This document shows positions 1-11,001 of a DNA stretch of 64,000 bases, one piece after another. Under the pieces are notes generated by a model that was not told the origin of the DNA, searched no databases, and was given only the letters and a program-made list of their open reading frames with translations. Position numbers and translations under genes: made by a program. The first letter of the stretch is position 1; every line of letters starts with the position of its first letter. The stretch comes from Balanoglossus misakiensis (taxonomy: Eukaryota; Animalia; Hemichordata): assembly GCA_040954595.2 (NCBI GenBank), contig CM082585.2, forward strand, positions 7,975,353-8,039,352. Direction: 5' to 3'.

Positions 1-61
1 ACAGTAAGCCATAACATGCTTACACCTTATTGGTGGGAAAGATTTTTGGGGACGGACTTAC

Positions 62-880
62 CATTGAGTTGGACCTCCCCCGGTGGGTGCATGTTATCAT
101 CCCTAGACAGCCACTCGTCAAAAGTAACGTGATCTGTTGCGAAGAGAAACATGAGAAATAAGTCGGGTTTGATTTCGAGAAACAACCACGGTCAAAATGT
201 TCTCTGTGACGTTCGCGTGTCGATGTGTAAAAGTCTCTTTATCACGATGATCACTTGTGTATTAATGGAGAGGGGAACTGTCCCATTCATTGTTGGTTGA
301 GGGGGCCGTGTCGTTTTTGATCTTCAGGCAGAAAAAGGTGTTGGAATTCACAGTTTGTCTGTTTATCGGCAGGTGTGAGGTGGTTGCGACACAATGCACG
401 GAGGTGATGAGGTGTGAATGGTGTCTCTTTGGAAGGACAGGAAACGTTCCCCCTGTCTAAACCCCCAAGACAGCTTCCCTTTGATCAAAGTGGAAACTGT
501 TCTTGAAAAAAACACGCACTTTTATTATCGGGAGGAGGGGGTCAGACTGGATATTGGCTGTGAATATTGCACCACAAATTCCCTCCACTCCAAATCCATG
601 TACTTTCTTGGAGCACGGTCTATGTGTGATGGGACCGTGCTTGAATGAATCGCGTACACACACTTACCTGGACAATATCCGCCACCGTCAAAAGCAGCGT
701 CGCGGGAACATCTCTGCAAAGTGACGTCTGCTGTGGCACGGCGGCCTCCGGGGTAGATAGAACGTTCGGCGCGGAACAGACCACGAACACCGCCAGTGTC
801 ATGAGTAAGTACATCAGTCCCGAGAGAAAAGTTAGGAGACCACAAAAACTCGAACAGAATATTTTAAGTCTGGCGCCCAT
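62..880 (-). CDS. MS4A/CD20-like multi-TM protein, paralog A (partial; continues off the left edge)
   Basis: Exon 880-668 (MGARLKIFCSSFCGLLTFLSGLMYLLMTL...VADIVQ, donor GTAAGT) and exon 133-62 (ITLLLTSGCLGMITCTHRGRSNSM, CAG acceptor, GTAAGT donor). Clear paralog of the gene at 1956-3689, with the same phase-0 introns and an identical ITLLLTSGCLGM. Confidence 0.75.
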
Positions 881-1955
881 GTCGGTGATATCGCTATCTG
901 AGTGTGACGGAAAAAAATCAGAAACCTTTCTAGTAAGTTTAAAAAGTTTCAACGCACTTTCAAAGTTCCGCGACGTGAAACATTACTAACCTTGCGAAAC
1001 TAACGCACCTTTTTGCTGCAAACAGAAGATAAATTACAACACTGTGCCTCTCTGCGTCCACGGCTGGCTTTAAATGTTCCGCGGATCGACCTGCCGTCCT
1101 GGTTCTTCGCATCTGCACAAATACTGTGCAGACAGATGAAAAGGGACGGACGTCTTCAATAAAGACAAAGACAAACGCCCTCTATAGATATCATCACCAA
1201 CGAGACCCAAGGTATGCCGGAGAAAATGCGTACGTTGTCGAGGAGGTAGCGGGTGTGTGTGATGCAATCCCGCCTTGAAGTTCTCACTCGTGGTTTAATG
1301 AGTTGTCGACTTTCCTACCCACAATATAATTATCATAACGTGATTTCACACCCTGCATGAAGTAAAACACTGTTCAAGGTAGCGATAACTGAAAGAGTCG
1401 AAGTGTAACAGCAATATGTATTCCATGCATTTTATTTCAAATGTATACACACAAACATACAATGAAACGTGTTTTAATGAATTCTAAAATCTCCCAGTTT
1501 TCAGACAATTGAAACTCCAGAAAATCTGCGCTCTGAAAACTGCATATAACACCTTCCTCCTGATTTTTCTGATCGTCTGTCACGCCTCTGTTTAGTGAAA
1601 AAAAGTCCCAGAAATTGATTGGATAATATAGGTTTGTTTATAAAAAAAACTTTGTAAATGATACATGTATTCCGCGTATAGTGAAAATTTCACACAATCC
1701 TTACACCACATTTATATTATAGTAAATGTGTAAGTTCAGGTTTAATGGTAAGGCGTAAAACTCCACACGAACCAGAACGGTAAATGACCATGAAGATATG
1801 CCCCAAAAAATACCTAACATTGGGTCTGTGTGCTAGTATACATGGCTTGGTGTTTTGAAGTTGGACCGCACACCCCTGTGTGAAAAATATTGGGAGTATC
1901 CCCCCCTGCACCCTCGGGGGTGCCACTGTGGATGTTCTCGCCGTGCTCCCTGTTT

Positions 1956-3689
1956 CTATCGAATGCGCATCGCCATGACATTGGTCACCGGCTCCTGAAA
2001 ACGAAGCAAATGTGCAGGGTGTAGTGAGAGTGACTCGTTGATACACCCACAGTCGCGTGGGGGTAGTTACACTGCGGTATCACCCCTATGACTTTTTTTA
2101 AAGTCAGGTGTGATATTGCAGTGTAACCCCCCCCCCCCACGCGACTGTGGATCGACCGTCAAAATGACTGGTTGCAAACCATGTTAGCAGTTTTGAACCA
2201 AGCCAACGTGCATCTGTATGCGATAGTACACTGCATCCTTGATCAAGACATACATACCGGCTCCACTGCCGGTGAGCGTGTGCACACAGGTCTGCATGCT
2301 ACTAAACACGACAGCAGAGTGAAGATCATACCGACCAGGTTGGTGACCAAGAAGATGGCTTCAACGGACAGATCACTCTGGGGATGAGAAGACACATAAG
2401 TAGCCATTAATTAGTAGTACGTGTCTGAAAACCAGTCTTGATATTTTTCTCATCGTTTGCTCAAGGCAACTTTATAGGTTATTAAAGTTTTGGAGAAAAC
2501 AACTTGGATCGTTTTTCGTACCCGGCCGTCGTTTTGTAGTGAACTGACGGTGACGCACGCGATGCACTCTTGTCTTGTTCAATCGGTGTTTCGTTGCTGA
2601 TGCAGAAGTGTTTGACAATAGCACTAGTATATTTGGCCGGTACCGTGACCACGTCGGTTTTCGGATAATGTGAATTCTTCCGTGTGAAGAACGAGATCGA
2701 GAATGATACTCACTATTTGCCCAGTGGCGACGTCCACACTGTTATATGAGCCGAGGATCGCTTCGATGTCACCGCTAGAGAGACGGTACACTTCGATGGC
2801 CGACTGCGCCGCGAATATGGTCGAGAGGAAGAACGCGATGGTGGAAACCAGCAGATAGCTTTCAATCTAGAAAAGAAACAAAAAATGACAAACAAAAAAT
2901 CACATGGACGCATTCCCTTGCTTTATGAAAGGCCGTTGACGCACGACACGCAACTTTGAAACTGCGTCCTGTAACTTTCAATAAACTGACGTGAGATTTG
3001 CAGACTCATCCACAGAATGATGGACTTACCACACTTCCAGTCTGTGCTTTGGAGCCGACCATTCCAAGGCACCCGCTTGTCAGCAACAGCGTTATCTGTT
3101 TCAGGAGAGAAAAGCGGCGAATGAATCTTCACCGATGCAGCATAAGTAAAACGGGACTCCAGCGACAATGCTCTAATCTTGAACTTCGAGATCTCGGGTG
3201 ATCATGCGATCGGTGTCTCGATTTCTGACTCAACGAGAAAAATATTTTCCCCTTGTCTGCCTTTTCAGAACAACACTTCCGTAATACGCACGGCATAAAG
3301 CGTGAGTGAATGCGCAGTTGTTTTTCTCTGCACGAATGTTTTTTTTCTCGCGCCGTTCCCATATACAATACAGTGTCAGCGAAAACAAAATTTAGCCTCG
3401 TATATAATATCTACATCGAATACTTTTATAGATCCTGTAAAGCCCGTCTTTGATGCACATGGTTTATTACCGCGGAGAAATAAACACGGCCACTTACTTG
3501 AAGGATATCGGTGATCGTGACGAAAGTCGACAGAGAGACATTCGCTTTGCAGATCGGAGAATTCCCTGTCGCGAAGACGATGTAACAGTATACCATCAGC
3601 CCGATGATTAACAGCAGGTAGACCAGGCCGGCCAGAAAAGTGAGAAAGCCACAGAAAGCTGAACAACACTTGTTCATCGTATTCTTCAT
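1956..3689 (-). CDS. MS4A/CD20-like four-transmembrane protein, paralog B (189 aa, 5 coding exons)
   Basis: Exons 3689-3498, 3095-3030, 2866-2714, 2377-2258 and 1994-1956, all phase 0 with canonical GT-AG, join into one open frame. It has four hydrophobic segments, an SGxLG motif at the end of TM2 and a Cys cluster after TM4 (SCLVACRPVC), as in MS4A-type proteins. The family assignment is inferred from topology. Confidence 0.75.
2047..2150. repeat. ~104-bp foldback (palindromic) element in intron 4 of the MS4A-like gene
   Basis: The left arm CCACAGTCGCGTGGGGGTAGTTACACTGCGGTATCAC..GACTTT is the near-perfect reverse complement of the right arm AAAGTC..GTGATATTGCAGTGTAACCCC..CCACGCGACTGTGG. Confidence 0.85.
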
Positions 3690-5995
3690 CCTGTTTCAGG
3701 CTCTGTAGCCGACAAAATTAACTTCTTAAGAATCTGGAAGAAGATGAAAAGACACCTAGTCGCAGCCACCTTGGGGTCAATTGCTATACAGACTGCATAT
3801 CTCGCGCTTTTTGTATTTTGTCTGTGTTTCCGTGGCGGTCTGTGTAGAATTCCTTTCACTTTTCTGGATATACAGACGACTTACCCAAATCTTGCCGGAA
3901 TGGGTTTCTGAAAACACCTGCCCCGGATCTCCGCACGTACATTAATGAATGTTGGATTTTACTCCAGGCCGCCAGCAGGTTTTTACTGCGTCACCAGCGG
4001 CAAAGTTAGTACATGTAGTCATGGCTACGGTGGTGTAGGTAGACGAGTGAGGCATCTTCTGTTACTAAAATATCGCGTTTCATTTGTTCACTTTTGTTTG
4101 GAAGGCTGTTACTGGTTGGTACAACTTCAACGCATGGCATGACCTAATGAAAATCGAGCCTTTGAGTTTCCAACAAGCAAAGAGTAAAAGAATTCTCAGG
4201 TAAATTATGTAATTGTTCATGGCGGTCACTTTACTGTGCAACCAATTTGTGATATATGATAGACCACAGACCAAGAAAAGACATTCTCTTTGCCTGTGGA
4301 TAGACGAATCAACTTTCCAATGTCACCTTTCTACCTCCTTGACAGAAACACACTCGTTCTATTTTCGTTAGATGACTACTCTGCGACGTCGACAACGCGG
4401 GAAAAGTCAATATAAATATGATAAGAAACGTGTCACAATGCTTAAAATTATTTTGAGATAGATCAGCCCAAACTCTACATTTTGGAAAAAGCCAATAATG
4501 GTCAAAAGGCTGAAAAAATGCCAGAATTATCAACACGGAAAGTTTTCAGGTGGGATGTTCGAAGTTGTGGCGTTTTGTTGAAAATCCACCCCTTACCGAG
4601 ACACTAATATCGGTGACGCAGCACCTGTGTACATGTAACATGCACTCTTGTTCCGTCAACAAGGCGGTCGGGTTTGCAGAGAGGTTCAAATTGCGTCTCC
4701 GGGTCTAATTTTCTCAAGGACTTTCAAACACAAATACATGTAATGCACCTTCTGCCTATGGCACCTCCAGGTTTAAACGCGATAGTTCCGCTCTCCGTTG
4801 TAACAATAAGAAGGTGCATCGTGTTACCGTTGCTATTTTTTTCAACCCTATTTTTCTCATCACCAGGAACCCTGCAGAAACCACAACGTAGATTTTCAGA
4901 AGAGTGAGTGTGCGAATTTAATGTTACTGCTCTTTATTGGAAAAGATGATTTCATTTCATCTCCGTTGCTTCCGTCGTAGCCTTACCATAGATAGCTCGG
5001 GAAAATGTGAATGCGCAAAACCCGAAATATATGTGGAGTGGGTGTTTTCTACAAATACCATTGTCATTATATGTGTCGTTTTAAATCCAATTCTCTTCTT
5101 CTCGAAATTTACGTACAGTAACACCAAGCACAGCTCCTAAAAACGCGACGACCCCTGATTGGCCAATGGGAATAGTTTAGCGCCCCTTACGGTGACCTAA
5201 CGGCGACCTTAAATGTTGTTTAACGTTTGACCTTCATTTCAGTGCAGCTGAAACAGGTACGTGTTGATTCCGTTGATACGTACACATATACGCCAATTCG
5301 AGCATTAACACGTCCTCAAAGATGACGTAGGCGAGAGATACGACGGTCATCAACTCACGATTGATGTTGGTGTCGGAAGTTTCGTTACTGCTAGAATGAT
5401 TTGTCGTTCGTGAACATTTTACTGGACGTCTATATTTGCGAACTGGATCAAAGGACGAGAAAGTTGATATTGCAAGTCGTCATCTGGTCAAATCAGTAAG
5501 GTATGGTGAAATTTCGATGACATCATGGTTATATTGTTCCAGTCGTATCCCCCCAGCTTGACTTCATGTGTCCGATTGTCGTACATGTTCAGAAAATTCT
5601 GCATGCAAAGTAGGGGAATTGACCCCACCCAGCCTCCAACCCAAGGATTATTGCTTCTCTGCATTGCACTCTATACACATGCGTGGACATCTGTTAGGCC
5701 TGTGTGGAGTGACCGTGGGCCTACCTTCATTTGGCATGGCACGTTGTTTTTACTATTTATCAGTTGATATCATGACCTCACCAATTGTTTCGGTGTCATT
5801 TGCCAGTGGCAACTTACTCAACTCGAGTCACCTGGGCAACTGCACGCGTGGAGTGACCGTGGCAACGGTGAACACATTGAATGATGATACAATAAAACAT
5901 CTGATGCAATCAAGAATCAACCATAAAGCATAACCGTATTAAACAGAAAAAAACACCATCTTGATGACAGGTTGTTGATTCGGTTTCACAGAAAG

Positions 5996-7420
5996 ATGCA
6001 CAGGGCCCAAGGTCAAGGTCAGAGGAAGCCCGACTACTCCATCCAGATGCTGTACAGCGGCGAGGATGACTACGACCGCGGCAAGAAGTACGTGAAGAGG
6101 CGACGCATCCACAAAGGCAGACTCTTCCTAATCGTTCTCTTCTTCGCCACGTTGATATACTTCTTCCTGCCCAGATCCTCCGTTGTCGTTGTCGACGACA
6201 AGCAGGAAGATTCGGCCGAAGAGGCTTCGCGAGAAGCCACCCACGTGCCTCAGGAGGAGGAAGAGGAGGAAAACCCCCTCCCAGCCCTCACCGTTCTCGC
6301 GGAGGCTGAGCAAGAATTCGCCGTCGATCTGTATAAATCTCTGACCAAGCATTCAAAGTCGAAGAACCTGTTCTTTTCGCCGCTGAGCTTGTCCACCGCC
6401 CTCGCCATGACCCACCTGGGCGCCAGGGGACAGAGCGCGACCCAGATGGAGACGGTTTTAAAATTCGATAAGGTCGGCGTGGAGAACGTGCACCCGATGT
6501 TTCACATCTTGAACTCGGAGCTGTTCGGCTTGGAGAAGAGCTACGTCTTGAAGAGTGCCAACAGGTTGTTTGGACACCAGAAATACAAGTTCTTGGATGA
6601 GTTTTTGTCGTCGAGCGAGGCGTACTACGGGGCAGCTCTGCAGCGCGTGAATTATGGAAACCCCGAAGCAGCCAGAAGCGAAATCAACAGCTGGGTCGAG
6701 AAACAAACAGAAGAAAAAATCAAAGATTTGATCCCAAAGGGAGCCATAGATCCCACGACCCGTCTTGTCTTGGCAAATGCAATTTACTTCAAGGGACAGT
6801 GGGCGCAGCAGTTTAATCCGAAAAAAACGAAAGACGTCGATTTCCACGTGGATAAGACGCACAAGATCAAAGTTCCCATGATGCAGCAGAAGCGGAAGTT
6901 CAAATATTTCGCCGACCAGGCCTTGAAGTGTAAAGTGATCGACCTGCCGTACGGGGGAAGCAACCTCAGCATGGTCGCCGTTCTGCCGGACGACCTTCAC
7001 GGACTCGAGGCGCTGGAAGGCAAAGTGACGTCCGCCCAGCTGCAGACGTGGTACAAGCACCTCGAGACGGAAGAGGTGGAAGTCAGCCTCCCCAAGTTCA
7101 AACTGGAATCGGGTTTCAGCGTCAAGCCCGCGCTGCAGGAGCTCGGCATGAGGGACGTGTTCCTGGAGGCCCTGGCCGATTTGACCGGGATGGCCGAGCC
7201 GCGCGAGTTATTCGTCTCCGACGCTCTGCACAAAGCGTTTATCGAAGTGACTGAGGAAGGAACAGAGGCGGCCGCGGCCAGCGCTGTCATTGTTTCATTA
7301 AAGTCAGCAGCCGTCTCACAGCCCACGTTCAATGCTGATCATCCTTTCATTTTCTTAATACGAGACAATAAAACGGGGGTAGTCTTGTTCATAGGTCGAG
7401 TTCTCAATCCTTTAAAATAG
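5996..7420 (+). CDS. Serpin (serine protease inhibitor) with N-terminal type II membrane anchor; single coding exon
   Basis: Serpin motifs NLFFSPLSLSTALAMTHLGARG, INSWVEKQTEEKIKDLI, LVLANAIYFKGQW, hinge EEGTEAAAAS and FNADHPFIFLIRD. The ATG at 5996 follows the acceptor TTTCACAG; upstream donors near 5257 and 5501 suggest 5' UTR exons. Confidence 0.95.
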   Translation: MHRAQGQGQRKPDYSIQMLYSGEDDYDRGKKYVKRRRIHKGRLFLIVLFFATLIYFFLPRSSVVVVDDKQEDSAEEASREATHVPQEEEEEENPLPALTVLAEAEQEFAVDLYKSLTKHSKSKNLFFSPLSLSTALAMTHLGARGQSATQMETVLKFDKVGVENVHPMFHILNSELFGLEKSYVLKSANRLFGHQKYKFLDEFLSSSEAYYGAALQRVNYGNPEAARSEINSWVEKQTEEKIKDLIPKGAIDPTTRLVLANAIYFKGQWAQQFNPKKTKDVDFHVDKTHKIKVPMMQQKRKFKYFADQALKCKVIDLPYGGSNLSMVAVLPDDLHGLEALEGKVTSAQLQTWYKHLETEEVEVSLPKFKLESGFSVKPALQELGMRDVFLEALADLTGMAEPRELFVSDALHKAFIEVTEEGTEAAAASAVIVSLKSAAVSQPTFNADHPFIFLIRDNKTGVVLFIGRVLNPLK

Positions 7421-10400
7421 AAGTGCTTTTTCTAACTCTCAGACTAACATTCCCGTTTGTTTTCATTTGTCCAATGTCTCTAAATTTCTTACTTTCTAAA
7501 CCAAAAATTTTCATAGGTACTTACGTGCAGTATTAAAAAAATTAGGGAATTTATGTTTTTTGTACTGTAATATTATACCAAACAAATATTTAAAAAAACT
7601 TAGACTTTAGAATGCATATCATGTAGTTTCCTTACTGTTCATGCTAACTGAAAATTTATATATATATTTTGGATTTTAAAAGGGTCCTCTGACTTTGCCA
7701 TAAATTTAGAAATTATTCTTTTATTGTTAAAATGCCCTTGTACCAGTTTATTTAGGACACTTTATTGATACAGTGAGTTTTACAGGCTGTTGACAGGCCG
7801 TATATTTTCATTGAGTCAATAATCAGATTGTAGATAATAGTGGGAACATTTTTTGTTACTGAACGTATAGTGATATGGGGTACATAGAATTCCTGGACTC
7901 AACTTTTTTTAACTTTTCTAAATCTGATGTTTCTGTTATAAGAAATCCCTGTCTCGTATTAAGCTTTGGATTGCTTTGGATGTCTAAAAGAGGGCTGTGT
8001 GACAGTTGCTATTTTAAGTTGCATTTGACAGACGCTGCACTACATTGTTGCTTGTGTTCCTCTGGTGTAAGGATACCTCTTTTGTGGCCTTTTCACTACA
8101 AAAAGTTGTCCTCACATCAGTGGGCAGTAATCTGTTCCCCACTTCAGTCCAGTTTTACAATGGGAACGTGTTTCACAATGTCTCTCCACGAAAAATACTA
8201 CATGTTTAGGGTTATTCACAGATGTATGCCTATGTATGGACTCAGGATCGGGGGGGGGGGGGGGGGCTAGAAAATGATTTTATTTCTGTGGGATATGAGT
8301 GGCGATTTCTGTCATCAGATTTCTTACTGCAGGAAAAACTAATATTTAAAGTTTTAATTCTGCCTGGGGCAGGTAACTTTTGTTTTGTGCAGTACACCTT
8401 TAAACTTTATTGACATGTTTCTTCTGCAAATTTTTGTCACTGTTAACTTCTGTGGTTTAGTAAATTTGACAATAAACCATGGCAGTGTGAAAATATTGGT
8501 GCTGGCTGTCGTGTGTACTATTTTCAGAATGATTTGTAGGAGTTGGTCCTACAAATTTTTTGTCACTAGGCAGGAGCGCCCTCGGTCGACCTATTTCGCG
8601 ATTCTTTTTTTTACACATTTGCAGACACCAGTTCCACCACATGGCTGCGCTGTGGTAACTTACAAGTAGCCATGGAGATGACCGGGCGATGAACTAAATA
8701 ATACTGCATAAAAGTAGATCACGAAGGAGCATGACCTTATGAGGACACTGATGAATAAAGCACGAGCGATAAACTCCAGCCACACAGCATCACTGTCACC
8801 AACAGTACACAATTTGCGTTGACAATGCATGGATGCTATTTTTTCGTATTTTTAATACTTTTCAGTTCGTCTTATCTTATGTAGACAGTACTGTAATATA
8901 AACTGTAAATAGATCGCGAACATTCGCATGATTTGGCCATGAACGTCTAGCCAGTAGCTTTGTAATCCCTTTATCCGTCCCGATGTACGATAGAGACGCA
9001 AACCATGGTCATACGTGCCCGGGAGGGGGGGGGGGGTTTACAAACAGAAGAGATAGAGATGTACAAACATATGGATAGGGTTCGGAACATGGTGTTACGC
9101 GCACGCAATCGTAATTTCTGAAGACAAAACGTAAACACTGAAACAGTCTGTGGTTGATTTGTGACCTGATGTAGTCTTACTAGTATCAGGCGGTTTCAGA
9201 CGTAAACATCTGAAACTAATGCGGTATATTCCAGATCATTCTCCGTCATGCGGCGATCACGCACCGAACTGAATATTTGCATTAATTTCTGCGAGCGGCC
9301 AACTCTACCCAGCCATCAACCAATCAGCTTGCCCATTTGACGACCTTTACTCGGGTAAACTAGGTTAAAAACAGGAATGGAAATTTCCATGGAGAGGAAA
9401 AGATGGCGAATGTTCTGTGGAATAAAGTAATATTCTGTGTCCAACGCGAAGACGAGAAGGTTGACAATTTTGACTGGGACCCGGGGAAGGGTGAATTATC
9501 TTCAATGCCTTTTTTGTTGTGAAGAAAATCCTGGTTGGCGGACTTTATTATGCAAAGGGCGAGCTGTCTCACATCTCCAGTGCATCAATTCGTTTTTTAC
9601 ACACCATAAATTCAGCGAATACTGGTGAGTTTTTTTAAAAGACTTTTAAAAAGTCAGTGTGATGTACATTTCCCCTCACAAATGTAGCAATTTACGCTGT
9701 ATGGGGGGACCGTGAAATTGACAACAGACGCGCGCGCGCGCGACAAGCGCACTGAGCTTATGCGTGCCAGTCTGGGCTTATCCATTTTAGGATAGGGGGG
9801 GACTTGATAACTATCGTGGTTGTTCGGTTGTTCATTTCAATTTCCCATGCCAAACGTTAGGACATTTCGGATCTATTTCACGAATGTTGTGTTTTGGTGC
9901 CATCGAAGACAAATGTACCGAAATAATATTTAGTTGTTACCCTTAGAAGGTTGTCAATGTTAAATAACATGGGTGTTGATGTTACATTATGGTCGTCCAT
10001 GTTGTATTACCTGTACGTGTAATGGACTATTCCACTATGTGACCGGGTTGCATAGAAATTTTACATTTAAATCCTCAAAATGATTTTGGCAATTTGTTGT
10101 GCCTCTATACACATCTTTACATATACAATTTGATCATTTGTGCTTTGCCCCAGACAATTGTGTATCAAAATATTAGGGATTTTGTGCAAAAAATGAAAAA
10201 CACATTACTGATGTTAATTAATGTTGTACAGGTAATTCTTTAAAAACTTCTATATCATGAAACTTTATATTGTAATATCATTATTAGAACTAAGCCAGGG
10301 CTATTTAAGTTCAACTTGATACACCATAAATGGCAATTATGCCAGTATGTTTTTACAAAGTGTTTGGAAGAATCTAGTTTTATAGTTGCTCAGGCAGGTA

Positions 10401-11001
10401 AACTGATTGCTGATTGCCCTTGACCGTGGTGAAATGACCAGTACCTCAATAATATTTACATTTTTCGAAGTTCAACATCAACATTTTGTGTAGATGTCCA
10501 TTTTGGTGAACTTTTAGCCTTCAAACAGAACAACTTTTTTCCATGTGGCTGTTTATCATTGGACAGGGACTGCAGGAAATTAAACATAAATGTGACAATC
10601 CATCTAAATTTAGTTTAATATCCCAAACCTCCAGACTAAAAGGTTAAAGTACAGTAAAGATACTTTAGACTTTTCTATACCAGCACCCGTTCACAAAGAT
10701 ATTTTTGTTCAATCCTAAAATAAAGTAAATTACATAGAATACAAATTATTTTTGCCCAATATTTGCTGACTGTAACTACAGGGAAAAGTTCTGGTATATT
10801 TTTACATGCTTATATTGACTCAAACTCATGAAGTCTTGGACAAAAATTTCCTATGACGTAACTGTATTGATTCAGAGCTTTATCTGAACCAGTTTAAAGA
10901 TTTTACCGGTATATGTATATAGATGTATGTATCATAATGGGAAGAAATTTATTTTCTTCATTCGTAGGTGTTTGTATTGTGGTAACCAGCCGGCATTTGC
11001 C

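Noticed and set aside
6128-7332. Antisense and alternate-frame ORFs over the serpin (similarly over Kelch, CCDC160, UBXN7, RBMX2 and the GPCRs)
   Set aside because: Shadow ORFs caused by GC3-rich codon usage of the real genes; no recognisable motifs.
8625-8760. Alternative terminal exon supplying a different serpin reactive loop
   Set aside because: There is an acceptor-like TTTGCAG and an AATAAA, but no frame encodes a hinge, RCL or serpin C-terminal motif.
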